Shown here: piece by piece, positions 8,077 through 16,175 of the stretch | Numbering within the stretch: position 1 is the first letter of the stretch | How the letters are laid out: each line of letters starts with the position of its first letter | Assembly (NCBI GenBank): GCA_037447435.1 | Contig: JBBIGR010000060.1 | Coordinates: forward strand, 1 to 22,350 | DNA length: 22,350 nucleotides | Direction: 5' to 3' | From: Fibrobacteria bacterium | GTDB lineage: Bacteria > Fibrobacterota > Chitinivibrionia > Chitinivibrionales > FEN-1185 | Position numbers and translations under genes: made by a program | Notes under the pieces: model-generated | The model's input: the letters and a program-made list of their open reading frames with translations, nothing else | What the model was told of the DNA's origin: nothing | The model's database searches: none

Positions 8077-9231
8077 TTATTTTACCATCGTTGCCTTGGC
8101 AAAAGAGGTTTTCGAATTTACGGACAATTTGATAAAATAGGTTCCCGATGAAGCCTGTTCAAACGGAATAGTGAAAACCCCCGGATTACATTGACCCTGT
8201 ACCAGGGTTTTCACCAATGCGCCGTTTACCGAATAAATTCCCAAATCCACAAACGATGCTTTTTCCGATGCCGGTATACAATACGAAATTTTTCCAAAGC
8301 CGTGCGCAACGCCGTTGCAAACAAGGGAGAATTTCGGGGTTTCATTTTCAGGGTCGCTGTTTTGCCATGCAAAGGTGGTCGCTTTATTGACATAATGCGC
8401 CAAAGTATCCTGACACGGGGTTTTGCCTTTGCCGTATTTCGTTTCATCCATTTCAATGGCCCACGTCATGACCCCGCCGTATCCGCTGTTTATCGCATAC
8501 AAGCATTTGTTTCTGACCGCCGTCGGGTCGCAATCGATTTCATGATTCGGGGTTTCCGTGTAATCGTATCCCATGCCGACGCCGAGCCGGGTTTTGGCGA
8601 CACCTTTACTTATCAGTGAATTCATATATGTGTCCATCGCACTGCCCGCGGTGGTCCAATAGGCCATGCCGTTGCATTGATCGCTATAAGGCCCGGCAAG
8701 CGACGCTCCGGCGGAATTCCAATCGCCCATTGCTGCGGTGAGAATCCCTTTGGGCGTGAGGGTGTTGAGAGCAGTACGCAGATCTTTCATTGTCGCGGAA
8801 AAATCCGCATTGACGATGCTCTCTTCCCAATCGACGTCAGCGCCGTCATAGCCGTATTTGGCAATGAAGCTCATGGTTCCTGCAATGAATTTTGCCCGGT
8901 TTGCAGAACTGAATGCGGTTTTAAAATTTGCCGCAAATCCGTACCCGCCGATGCAAATGATCGCCTTGGTATTGTTTTTATGGCATCCTGCAACGAACGC
9001 TTTACATAAGGTATCGTTCAGGCCGCCTTCCCATCCGAGACCGGTGCTGTTGGGAATCATGGAAAACTGGCACATATGCGTGTAGGATTTCCATCGTACC
9101 TTGTCGGGCGAATACCCGTCGGCCTGCGCCCAGGCTGTCAAATACCCCGTAGACCATCCGACGTATTTTTGGCCAAACGCAATGGAACTTGCCGCAAAAA
9201 ACATCAATAAAATACCATGGAATTTCTTCAC
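8077..9231 (-). CDS. Secreted GH18 (chitinase-like) hydrolase with C-terminal sorting domain
   Basis: Signal peptide; ICIGG; intact DGADVDWE (DxxDxDxE) catalytic motif; GGVMTW; C-terminal IYSVNGALVKTL...SSGTYFIKL typical of T9SS type-A CTD; GTG start with AGGAGG RBS. Confidence 0.92.
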   Translation of the reverse strand: MKKFHGILLMFFAASSIAFGQKYVGWSTGYLTAWAQADGYSPDKVRWKSYTHMCQFSMIPNSTGLGWEGGLNDTLCKAFVAGCHKNNTKAIICIGGYGFAANFKTAFSSANRAKFIAGTMSFIAKYGYDGADVDWEESIVNADFSATMKDLRTALNTLTPKGILTAAMGDWNSAGASLAGPYSDQCNGMAYWTTAGSAMDTYMNSLISKGVAKTRLGVGMGYDYTETPNHEIDCDPTAVRNKCLYAINSGYGGVMTWAIEMDETKYGKGKTPCQDTLAHYVNKATTFAWQNSDPENETPKFSLVCNGVAHGFGKISYCIPASEKASFVDLGIYSVNGALVKTLVQGQCNPGVFTIPFEQASSGTYFIKLSVNSKTSFAKATMVK

Positions 9232-9438
9232 GATGCCCCCTCCTGATAATTTTTAGTAGCAGATCAAAAGTCCTACAAAAACAGTAGAAAATATATAAGG
9301 GACATTGCTTTTTGTTAGTTTTTTTGAAAAAGTCAAAGTATTGAGCGGATATCAATTTGTTACGCGATTAAATGAGATATGCCGTGGTATCGGATTAGAA
9401 AAATAACCTTAATAATTCAATATTTGACATATATATAA

Positions 9439-9783
9439 TTACTTTTTTTTAGCTTTGAGCCATACGAAAAATAAAAAGTAAATCAAAACAATTGCAGGAA
9501 TTATAAGACTAGCATATATAAACGATGTTAAATCTGCAAAGACCCTGCCCCCAAATAAACTGCGTATAAATTGCGGTATTACTATTGGAAATCCATATAA
9601 AAAAAGACCTACAAACCCATAAAATCTTCTCCAGTAAAAGTAAAACGTCGAAAACGCACCTGAATAACCTGATTTTTCAGCAATATCGCTGATACGCCAA
9701 AAGTGAAATCCTACAATGTTAATCAACGCACAGAGTACTACACTGACTATCGTGGTTATTGAATCAATATTTGAACCAGTCAT
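9439..9783 (-). CDS. Hypothetical small membrane protein (three predicted TM helices)
   Basis: 114 aa, three hydrophobic segments, basic C-terminus KAKKK; AT-rich; AGGG upstream and a sigma-70-like promoter. Confidence 0.65.
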   Translation of the reverse strand: MTGSNIDSITTIVSVVLCALINIVGFHFWRISDIAEKSGYSGAFSTFYFYWRRFYGFVGLFLYGFPIVIPQFIRSLFGGRVFADLTSFIYASLIIPAIVLIYFLFFVWLKAKKK

Positions 9784-9904
9784 TTTTCATCCCTATTTTG
9801 CCGCCTTAAAATAATGGGCCTTATTTTATTCCTTTTAAAATGCATGCTTCTCCATCATGTTGGATAAATAATACCATGGTTACTAAATTTTCCCAAATTA
9901 AACT

Positions 9905-9934
9905 ATTATAGGCAAATAGAAAATATACAGTCAA
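9905..9934 (-). promoter_or_regulatory. Sigma-70-like promoter for the 9439-9783 gene
   Basis: Minus strand TTGACT-N18-TATAAT. Confidence 0.6.
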
Positions 9935-10075
9935 ATCTATACTGGACATACGCTTGTTATTGAAAATTCGATGCTAGTGGATTATTTACAGATGCAGCTG
10001 TGCCATATGTGGGGAACCGTGCTTAGAAAAAGCCGCTCTAAAAATTAGCTTCCGCCAGTTTGCGTAGAAATTGGA

Positions 10076-10105
10076 CGTCCAGACGCAGCAGGATGCGTCT
10101 GGACG
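10076..10105. terminator. Strong hairpin downstream of the isomerase gene (terminator or REP-like palindrome)
   Basis: CGTCCAGACGCA-GCAGGA-TGCGTCTGGACG, perfect 12-bp stem 18 nt after the stop; only a weak U-tract follows on the minus strand. Confidence 0.6.
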
Positions 10106-10123
10106 AATATGCTGCAGGAATTC

Positions 10124-11260
10124 CTATTTATAGAGCTGCTTGAAAACCGAGCACGCGTAAACCACGGATTCGCGGATAAGGTCTTCGGCCTTTGCCGTTT
10201 CTCTTTCAGCAAGCAAGTTTAACAGTTGTTTCGAATCGATTTTTTCAGCAGCCTGTTCGCATGCCTCCCACGACAAAATGCTGCGCACCACGCGGTCGAT
10301 GCCCTGCTTTTCATCGTCGTACGGCCTAACCTGCATGTCATGGCCTTTCCAGCGTCCGTATCGTGCGGTTTGTAAAAGTCCGGCGATCGCGATGTTCATG
10401 CCGTTGATGCGTACGCCGTGGTCGATGTCGTATTTGCCCGGCCCGCCCAAAACGATGCCGTCGTTATATCCCTGGCTGTTCATATGCATATGTAAAAGTG
10501 CGTCGTTGTCGAGTTCCTCGACCGTGTCGTATACATGGTCAAGGCCGATCATTTCTGAATGCCCGAATTCCTTGTTTACGCCCTTTTTCCCCGGAACAAG
10601 CCCGAATTCCTTTTCGATTTTATTCCAGAATACGATGGCGCTGGCTACGGTGGGAAGAAGTAATGCCGGATGCCCTTCGTTCGGTTTGGGCTCGATTGCA
10701 AAATAAAGCTTTCCGCCCAATTTCTGTTCGTACACGCATAATGCGGCAACGCTTTCCTTGAGATTTTGATACATGTCTTTGATGCCGACGCTTGCCAAAT
10801 CATAGCCGTACGAGCCGTTCCACAAAACAAAGGCAGGCGCCAAAGCAGCGTCCGGATGCCAGCTGCGTTTTAAAGGCCCGTAGGTGAGATCGACCGCTTT
10901 TCGCCCGAGGTCGCGCGCCCTTACTTTTTCTTTCGGGTCAAGCGATGCCGGACCACCGTACGCAAAACGGCTGTGCACGCCGGGAGTCATCATTGCCAAA
11001 TACATACCGGCATCGACCAATGCGTCTGCGACCGCATCGGCGTTTTTCTCATTGATTTCCGTATCGTAATGGATTTCGTAGCCGAGTTGTATGGAGGATG
11101 GCAACCGGGGGGCGATTTCTTTTTTGATCAGGGATACGATAGCGACGGTGTCGAGCTTGGTTGCGTCCCATTCCTTGCGCATATCGGCGGGCGTAAATCC
11201 GCCTTTACCCGCATGAAATGTCCACCTGCAAACGCTGTGAAACGATTTTTTTTCAGACAT
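10124..11260 (-). CDS. Xylose isomerase-like TIM-barrel sugar isomerase (divergent class I XylA-like)
   Basis: CRWTF, EIHYD, VLWNG, AIEPKPNEG, NKEFGH, LHMHMNSQ, KYDID, GHDMQ align with class I xylose isomerase motifs; lies directly downstream of xylulokinase. Confidence 0.85.
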   Translation of the reverse strand: MSEKKSFHSVCRWTFHAGKGGFTPADMRKEWDATKLDTVAIVSLIKKEIAPRLPSSIQLGYEIHYDTEINEKNADAVADALVDAGMYLAMMTPGVHSRFAYGGPASLDPKEKVRARDLGRKAVDLTYGPLKRSWHPDAALAPAFVLWNGSYGYDLASVGIKDMYQNLKESVAALCVYEQKLGGKLYFAIEPKPNEGHPALLLPTVASAIVFWNKIEKEFGLVPGKKGVNKEFGHSEMIGLDHVYDTVEELDNDALLHMHMNSQGYNDGIVLGGPGKYDIDHGVRINGMNIAIAGLLQTARYGRWKGHDMQVRPYDDEKQGIDRVVRSILSWEACEQAAEKIDSKQLLNLLAERETAKAEDLIRESVVYACSVFKQLYK

Positions 11261-11292
11261 ACCGCTTGTTCCTTGTCTTCCAATGAATGTTT

Positions 11293-12885
11293 TTAAGTAA
11301 AGGCCATGACGTTGTTCTTAGCTATTATCAACTTTGTCTCCGCACTGCCTTGCACGGAATCTTCCGCCGCTTGTGCGTTGGACATGGATTTTTTTACCGC
11401 ATTCGACCATTCGGTAAACCGTTCCTCATAGCGGGCGGTTTGGCGCACATCCGGCCGCACCGTGCGGATGATTCGCAGGTTTTTAAACGCCTCAGCCGCG
11501 TCGCGGTACACACCGCAGCCGATTCCCGCCGCGCGGGCCGCGCCCTGGCTGCCGTCGGTATCGTACAATTCCAGTTCCGCATTGCAAACGGTTGCAAACA
11601 CCTCGGCGAACAAATCGCTTTTGAACATATTGGCATTGCCGGCCCTTATTTTTTTGACGGCGACACCGCCGTTTTGCATGATGTCAAGGCCGTGGCGCAG
11701 CGCGAACACGATGCCTTCCTGGAGCGCGCGGAGCACGTGCGCCCGGCTATGGCGCGAAAAATCGAGCCCCGAAAACGAAGCATAGACATTCCTGTTTCTC
11801 AACGTCCGTTCGGCGCCGTTGCCGAACGGTAAAACGAAAAGTCCGTCGCTTCCCGCGGGGATTTGCTGCGCTTCGGCATTCATTCGCTCGTACGACAGGG
11901 CCGTATTCCCGACGGTACAAAAATTGTCGCGGACCCACCGGTTGCAAATACCGGTTCCGTTTATGCAAAGCAATACCCCGTATCGCGGATCCTGGGGCGT
12001 ATAATTGACATGGGCAAACGTGTTGACGCGAAAATCCTTGTCGCATACCGGCTCGTCGCTCACCCCGTAAACCACGCCCGACGTTCCGGCCGTTGCCGCG
12101 ATCTCGCCGGGTTCCAAAACGTTAAGCGATAATGCGTTGTTCGGCTGGTCGCCGGCCCTATACGATACGACAACGCCGCGGGAAAACCCGAGTTCGTCCG
12201 CAACAGCGTCCCTAACAATTCCCTGAACCGAAAAGCACGGGACAATACCGGGTATGAAACGGTGGTCAAAGCCGAAATAATCGAGGATGAAATCGGACCG
12301 CTTATGGTTTGCAAAGTCCCACATCATCCCTTCCGACAAACCGCTCGGCGTTGTTTGTATTTCACCGGTAAATTTCATGGCTATAAAATCGCCCGGGAGC
12401 ATGACCGCATGAATCGATCCGTATATATCCGGTTGATTTTTCTTAACCCAAGCAAGTTTCGAAGCGGTAAAATTGCCCGGCGAATTGAGAAGATGTTTTC
12501 TGCAATAAGAATCGCCCAATTCCGAAAACGATTGATTTCCTATGTCAACCGCCCTGCTGTCGCACCAGATTATCGCGTTGGAAAGCGGACTATGGTCTTT
12601 ACCGACCATGACAAGGCCGTGCATTTGATAGGAAATACCGATTGCCTGCACGTCGCTCAGATTTACGGATGAATCGCGGCGAAGCATCTCCGTTGCCGTC
12701 TTGACCTGGGCCCACCATAACGCAGGGTCCTGTTCGGCCCAGCCCGGACGCAATGAGACGATATCCATTTCTTTTTGCGGCGACGTTGCACAGGCAACGA
12801 GGTTTTGAGTCTGAATATCGATAAGGGATGCTTTTATCGACGAGCTCCCGATGTCGTATCCCAGCAAGTATCTGTTTTTCCCCAC
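11293..12885 (-). CDS. xylB: Xylulokinase (FGGY carbohydrate kinase)
   Basis: LGYDIGSSSIKA, GWAEQDP, IGISYQMHG, IIWCDSR, GNFTASKLAW, AGDQPNNA, AGTSG, PFGNGAER, GSQGAARAAG; GTG start with GGGGAG RBS. Confidence 0.9.
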   Translation of the reverse strand: MGKNRYLLGYDIGSSSIKASLIDIQTQNLVACATSPQKEMDIVSLRPGWAEQDPALWWAQVKTATEMLRRDSSVNLSDVQAIGISYQMHGLVMVGKDHSPLSNAIIWCDSRAVDIGNQSFSELGDSYCRKHLLNSPGNFTASKLAWVKKNQPDIYGSIHAVMLPGDFIAMKFTGEIQTTPSGLSEGMMWDFANHKRSDFILDYFGFDHRFIPGIVPCFSVQGIVRDAVADELGFSRGVVVSYRAGDQPNNALSLNVLEPGEIAATAGTSGVVYGVSDEPVCDKDFRVNTFAHVNYTPQDPRYGVLLCINGTGICNRWVRDNFCTVGNTALSYERMNAEAQQIPAGSDGLFVLPFGNGAERTLRNRNVYASFSGLDFSRHSRAHVLRALQEGIVFALRHGLDIMQNGGVAVKKIRAGNANMFKSDLFAEVFATVCNAELELYDTDGSQGAARAAGIGCGVYRDAAEAFKNLRIIRTVRPDVRQTARYEERFTEWSNAVKKSMSNAQAAEDSVQGSAETKLIIAKNNVMAFT

Positions 12886-12980
12886 ACGATGCTCCCCTAT
12901 ACAATTTGGCCCAAAGGATAGTGGTATTAACCCGTTTTGTTTTCAATAGCAAATAAATCTTTGGTTCCAAACTATGTAGA

Positions 12981-13065
12981 TAATTTAAGAAATTAAACCG
13001 GGCAAAATCAGGATAAATTGTTTATCTTATTAAAATCACGTGTATATTTTTAAACAAGATTGTTT
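12981..13065. promoter_or_regulatory. Cluster of short palindromes in the xylB/regulator divergent spacer (candidate operators)
   Basis: TAATTT-AAG-AAATTA (12981-12995), GATAAA-TTG-TTTATC (13012-13026), AAACAA-GA-TTGTTT (13052-13065). Confidence 0.4.
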
Positions 13066-13102
13066 TTGTTCCCCCATCCCGTTTTTACAGGACATTTATT
13101 CC

Positions 13103-14692
13103 ATGAAAAAGAAGCCCGGAATACAAAAAGCGGAGAATTTTATTTATCAAGGTATCGAAGCGAAACGCTTCGAAGAAAAACTGCCGTCGATCAAAGCGCT
13201 TGCCAAAGCGGCCGATGTTTCTTATGTGACAATGTGGAAGGCGATCGAAGACCTCAAGGCGCAAGGAACCATTATCGCGGAAAAAGGGCAAAACATCGTC
13301 CATGCCGACGGCGTGGTTTTCCGCAGCCCCAAAAAAGGCAACGGGAAATTCAGGTCCGAAACAGCGGATCAGGACATCAAGCTCTTTGAACCGCCGTGGC
13401 GCAAAATGTTCTCCCGCCTCAAGCAGGACATTCTCACCGGTCGCTTCCAGCCGGGTCAGCCGTTGCCGTCCTGCAAGGAACTGCAGGGCATATACGACGT
13501 CTCGTATCCTACCCTGAAAAAGGCGTTGGCCATGCTCGAATCGCAAGGGATCATAAAGGGATTTCAGCGCGGCTACATTGTCCCCGCATTTGCCAAATCG
13601 GAATCGGCATCGCGTATCGTTGCCATCGGATGCGGATGGGAAGACGGCACGCTCTGGATAGACCATCAGGACAAAAATTATTTCCGCATCCTCGAATCGG
13701 AATGCATCCAATCCAAAATATCGCTCGACATCGTCGTATATTGTCAACAAAACAACAACTTGTGCTTCGTCGACACCATCACCAGGAAGCAGTATCCCAT
13801 TTCCGGAGACAATATCCTTGGCTTTATCGTTATTGTCGCGAACCTCGAAATTCCGCCCCAGGAAGTGTTGCAGCAGCTCTTGCCGCACAAGAAACCCGTC
13901 GCGGTGCTCGATGTTGTCGGCGGCTGGGAAGCGTCGTACCGGACCATGAGCAATTACTATTGTCAACTCTTTACGGTCACGGCTTCGGCACTCCCGCCGC
14001 AACTGGTCGGCCGGTATCTTTTGAACCTGGGTCATTCGAACATCGCCTTCATATCGCCGTTCCACAAGGCGCTGTGGTCGCAGCGCCGCTTTATGGGAAT
14101 CAAAGAATTGTTCCAGGACGCGGGCCACCAAAGCGGCATACATTCCTTTGTGCTGGACGACTACGCTTTTCAGTGGGATTTTTTGCAAAAAGACATTGAT
14201 AATGCCGAAAACGTGAAGGAACTGATCGCCGGATACAACGAATGGCAAAATTATGCCGACTCGGAGCTGTTCAGGAAATTCGGTCATTTCAGCTATAACA
14301 TTTCGCGATACTTAACCGAATGGAATTGCGCGACCGGCGAGATTTACCATCGCATGAGCCCGTTGTTCGACAAGGCCCTTGCCGTAAAATCCATATCCGC
14401 ATGGGTCATGGCGAACGATTACGCGGCAACGCTTGCGCTCGACTACCTCAAAAAAAACAAAATACGCGTGCCCGAAGACCTTTCCGTCGTCTCGTTCGAC
14501 AACACCCTGGACGCAATGGAATACCATTTGAGCTCGTACGATTTCAATTTGAACGGTATCGTGAGCATGATGCTGCGCTATGTGCTGCGGCCGTCTTCGG
14601 TATCGCCGACGCGGGGAAAAACGGTCATCGAGGCCGAAGGCACCATCATCGAACGCCGTTCGACCGCACGGAATAAAACGGAGAGAAAATAA
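13103..14692 (+). CDS. Transcriptional regulator with two GntR-type winged HTH domains and a LacI-type sugar-sensing domain
   Basis: LPSIKALAKAADVSYVTMWKAIEDLKAQG and LPSCKELQGIYDVSYPTLKKALAMLESQG; C-terminal LGHSNIAFI, MANDYAA, RVPEDLSVVSFDN, IIERRST. ATG at 13103 (AGGA upstream) preferred over GTG at 13040. Confidence 0.9.
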   Translation: MKKKPGIQKAENFIYQGIEAKRFEEKLPSIKALAKAADVSYVTMWKAIEDLKAQGTIIAEKGQNIVHADGVVFRSPKKGNGKFRSETADQDIKLFEPPWRKMFSRLKQDILTGRFQPGQPLPSCKELQGIYDVSYPTLKKALAMLESQGIIKGFQRGYIVPAFAKSESASRIVAIGCGWEDGTLWIDHQDKNYFRILESECIQSKISLDIVVYCQQNNNLCFVDTITRKQYPISGDNILGFIVIVANLEIPPQEVLQQLLPHKKPVAVLDVVGGWEASYRTMSNYYCQLFTVTASALPPQLVGRYLLNLGHSNIAFISPFHKALWSQRRFMGIKELFQDAGHQSGIHSFVLDDYAFQWDFLQKDIDNAENVKELIAGYNEWQNYADSELFRKFGHFSYNISRYLTEWNCATGEIYHRMSPLFDKALAVKSISAWVMANDYAATLALDYLKKNKIRVPEDLSVVSFDNTLDAMEYHLSSYDFNLNGIVSMMLRYVLRPSSVSPTRGKTVIEAEGTIIERRSTARNKTERK

Positions 14693-14704
14693 GGAAAACC
14701 TTTT

Positions 14705-16126
14705 TTAAAATGAGAACTGCCCTCTCAAAGTAAACTGCCAATCTCCCTGACTCGGGCATTCTTCTCTCGTGTCGCGGTAATATTGCAGATTCCCCGTTGT
14801 ATAGTAATGGGTACGGCCGATATCACCCAAGAGCTTAAACCCGTAGGTAATTGTTTTTTCAAAGTAAATGTCCCAATACCAGGCATAATGCGGAGGTTCG
14901 AGCCCTAAAAGAGGCTGTGGAACTTTTACCGTATTAAAAAAAGTTTGTTTGTAGTTGTTGGAATATTGACTGTTGTACCATTCAACCTCGGCAGAAAGCA
15001 CGTCCAATACTTTGAATGTGGGAAAATTAAATCCAAACATTATCGGCATCCGTCGCCAGATTGTATCGTAAATAATCGGATAGTCTTTTGTCCCAAGAAT
15101 ACATGCCTCACCGTAAAGCTTAAGATCTTGTTCTCCAAATATGCCTGGTCCGCCAAAAAGTTGCTTGGGATCAAACGAAAACCGTGCCATTATTTTAGTG
15201 GAAGCGAAAGACGGATATATCGAATCCGAGGTTATTATAGTGTCGTTTGGCGCAAAGGTGGTGTCGAACGATACGAGTCTGTTTTGCGGGTATCGCGGGC
15301 TCGTCAAATTGTCGTCGATGGGAATAAGCCTTGAAAAACTTACCCCTGCGCCGATTTCAAAAAGAGGATGATTTTCTTTGCCGCCGATACCGTAGCTTGC
15401 GACGAGTGTCGGGGTAAAATCGCCGACCGGATATTGGGTCTCGCTTGTAAATAGCCCGTCGATCTTTAAATTGCTGATTGGCGTACACTCCAGATAAAGT
15501 CCCGGGAGGCGCGCGTAGGCCGACGCGAAACTGTTTATGATATAGCCAGGGTACGACGTTGCGCGAAACAGGTATTCTCCCAGGCTCTTGACATCATGAT
15601 TATATGAATACTTGAAATATCCCAGCGTTGCTTTTAGAAACGGTTTGTCCAAATCGCCGAATGAATAGGTACCTTTTAATTGGTCCGCGTAAAACCTGTA
15701 AAACATATTATATGAGTCAAGATCGTTTGTATACAACTCGATGGTCGACGGATCGAGGACCGACTGGGCTAATTCGCATTCGGTCCCAATAGTAATTTGC
15801 AACCGTTTTTTCAGGGTTGCGATAATATCGAACCCTCCGTAAAAAAAGTTTTGCCATTGATGGTCCAAAGTATGCCAACTGGTCCCATACATGCCTTTTA
15901 CTATTTCGCCGTTTTGATATGCGACATAGCCCGAAAAATTAAAGGCAATATCGGTCTTTTTGACCGTGACGACCGCAGTAGCGTTTGTGTCATTTGTTAG
16001 CGTATCCGAACCTGCTGCATTTTTCGCATCTTCAGCGAAAATGAATTTTGTCCCGCTTAAAACGATTGCGGCACCAAGAAGGATTACGCGCAAGCGGTTT
16101 CCGGGTTTTCGGGTAAATACTTTCAT
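14705..16126 (-). CDS. Putative outer-membrane beta-barrel protein of unknown family
   Basis: Signal peptide, short low-complexity linker, many aromatic-rich amphipathic strands (FNFSGYVAYQ, LQITIGTE, LSAEVEWY) and C-terminal WQFTLRGQFSF ending in Phe (BAM beta-signal-like). Confidence 0.72.
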   Translation of the reverse strand: MKVFTRKPGNRLRVILLGAAIVLSGTKFIFAEDAKNAAGSDTLTNDTNATAVVTVKKTDIAFNFSGYVAYQNGEIVKGMYGTSWHTLDHQWQNFFYGGFDIIATLKKRLQITIGTECELAQSVLDPSTIELYTNDLDSYNMFYRFYADQLKGTYSFGDLDKPFLKATLGYFKYSYNHDVKSLGEYLFRATSYPGYIINSFASAYARLPGLYLECTPISNLKIDGLFTSETQYPVGDFTPTLVASYGIGGKENHPLFEIGAGVSFSRLIPIDDNLTSPRYPQNRLVSFDTTFAPNDTIITSDSIYPSFASTKIMARFSFDPKQLFGGPGIFGEQDLKLYGEACILGTKDYPIIYDTIWRRMPIMFGFNFPTFKVLDVLSAEVEWYNSQYSNNYKQTFFNTVKVPQPLLGLEPPHYAWYWDIYFEKTITYGFKLLGDIGRTHYYTTGNLQYYRDTREECPSQGDWQFTLRGQFSF

Positions 16127-16175
16127 TTCTCACCTTTCTCATTTTGCTTGCAATTAATATTTATCAAATAAACGG

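Noticed and set aside
9992..10005. TGGCAC-AGC-TGCAT on the minus strand as a sigma-54 promoter
   Set aside because: GG-to-GC spacing is too short; sigma-54 spacing is strict.
13085..14287. 400-aa antisense ORF, plus the 267-aa alternate-frame ORF at 13396-14199
   Set aside because: Both lie over the well-supported regulator gene and show no recognisable motifs; consistent with shadow ORFs from codon bias.
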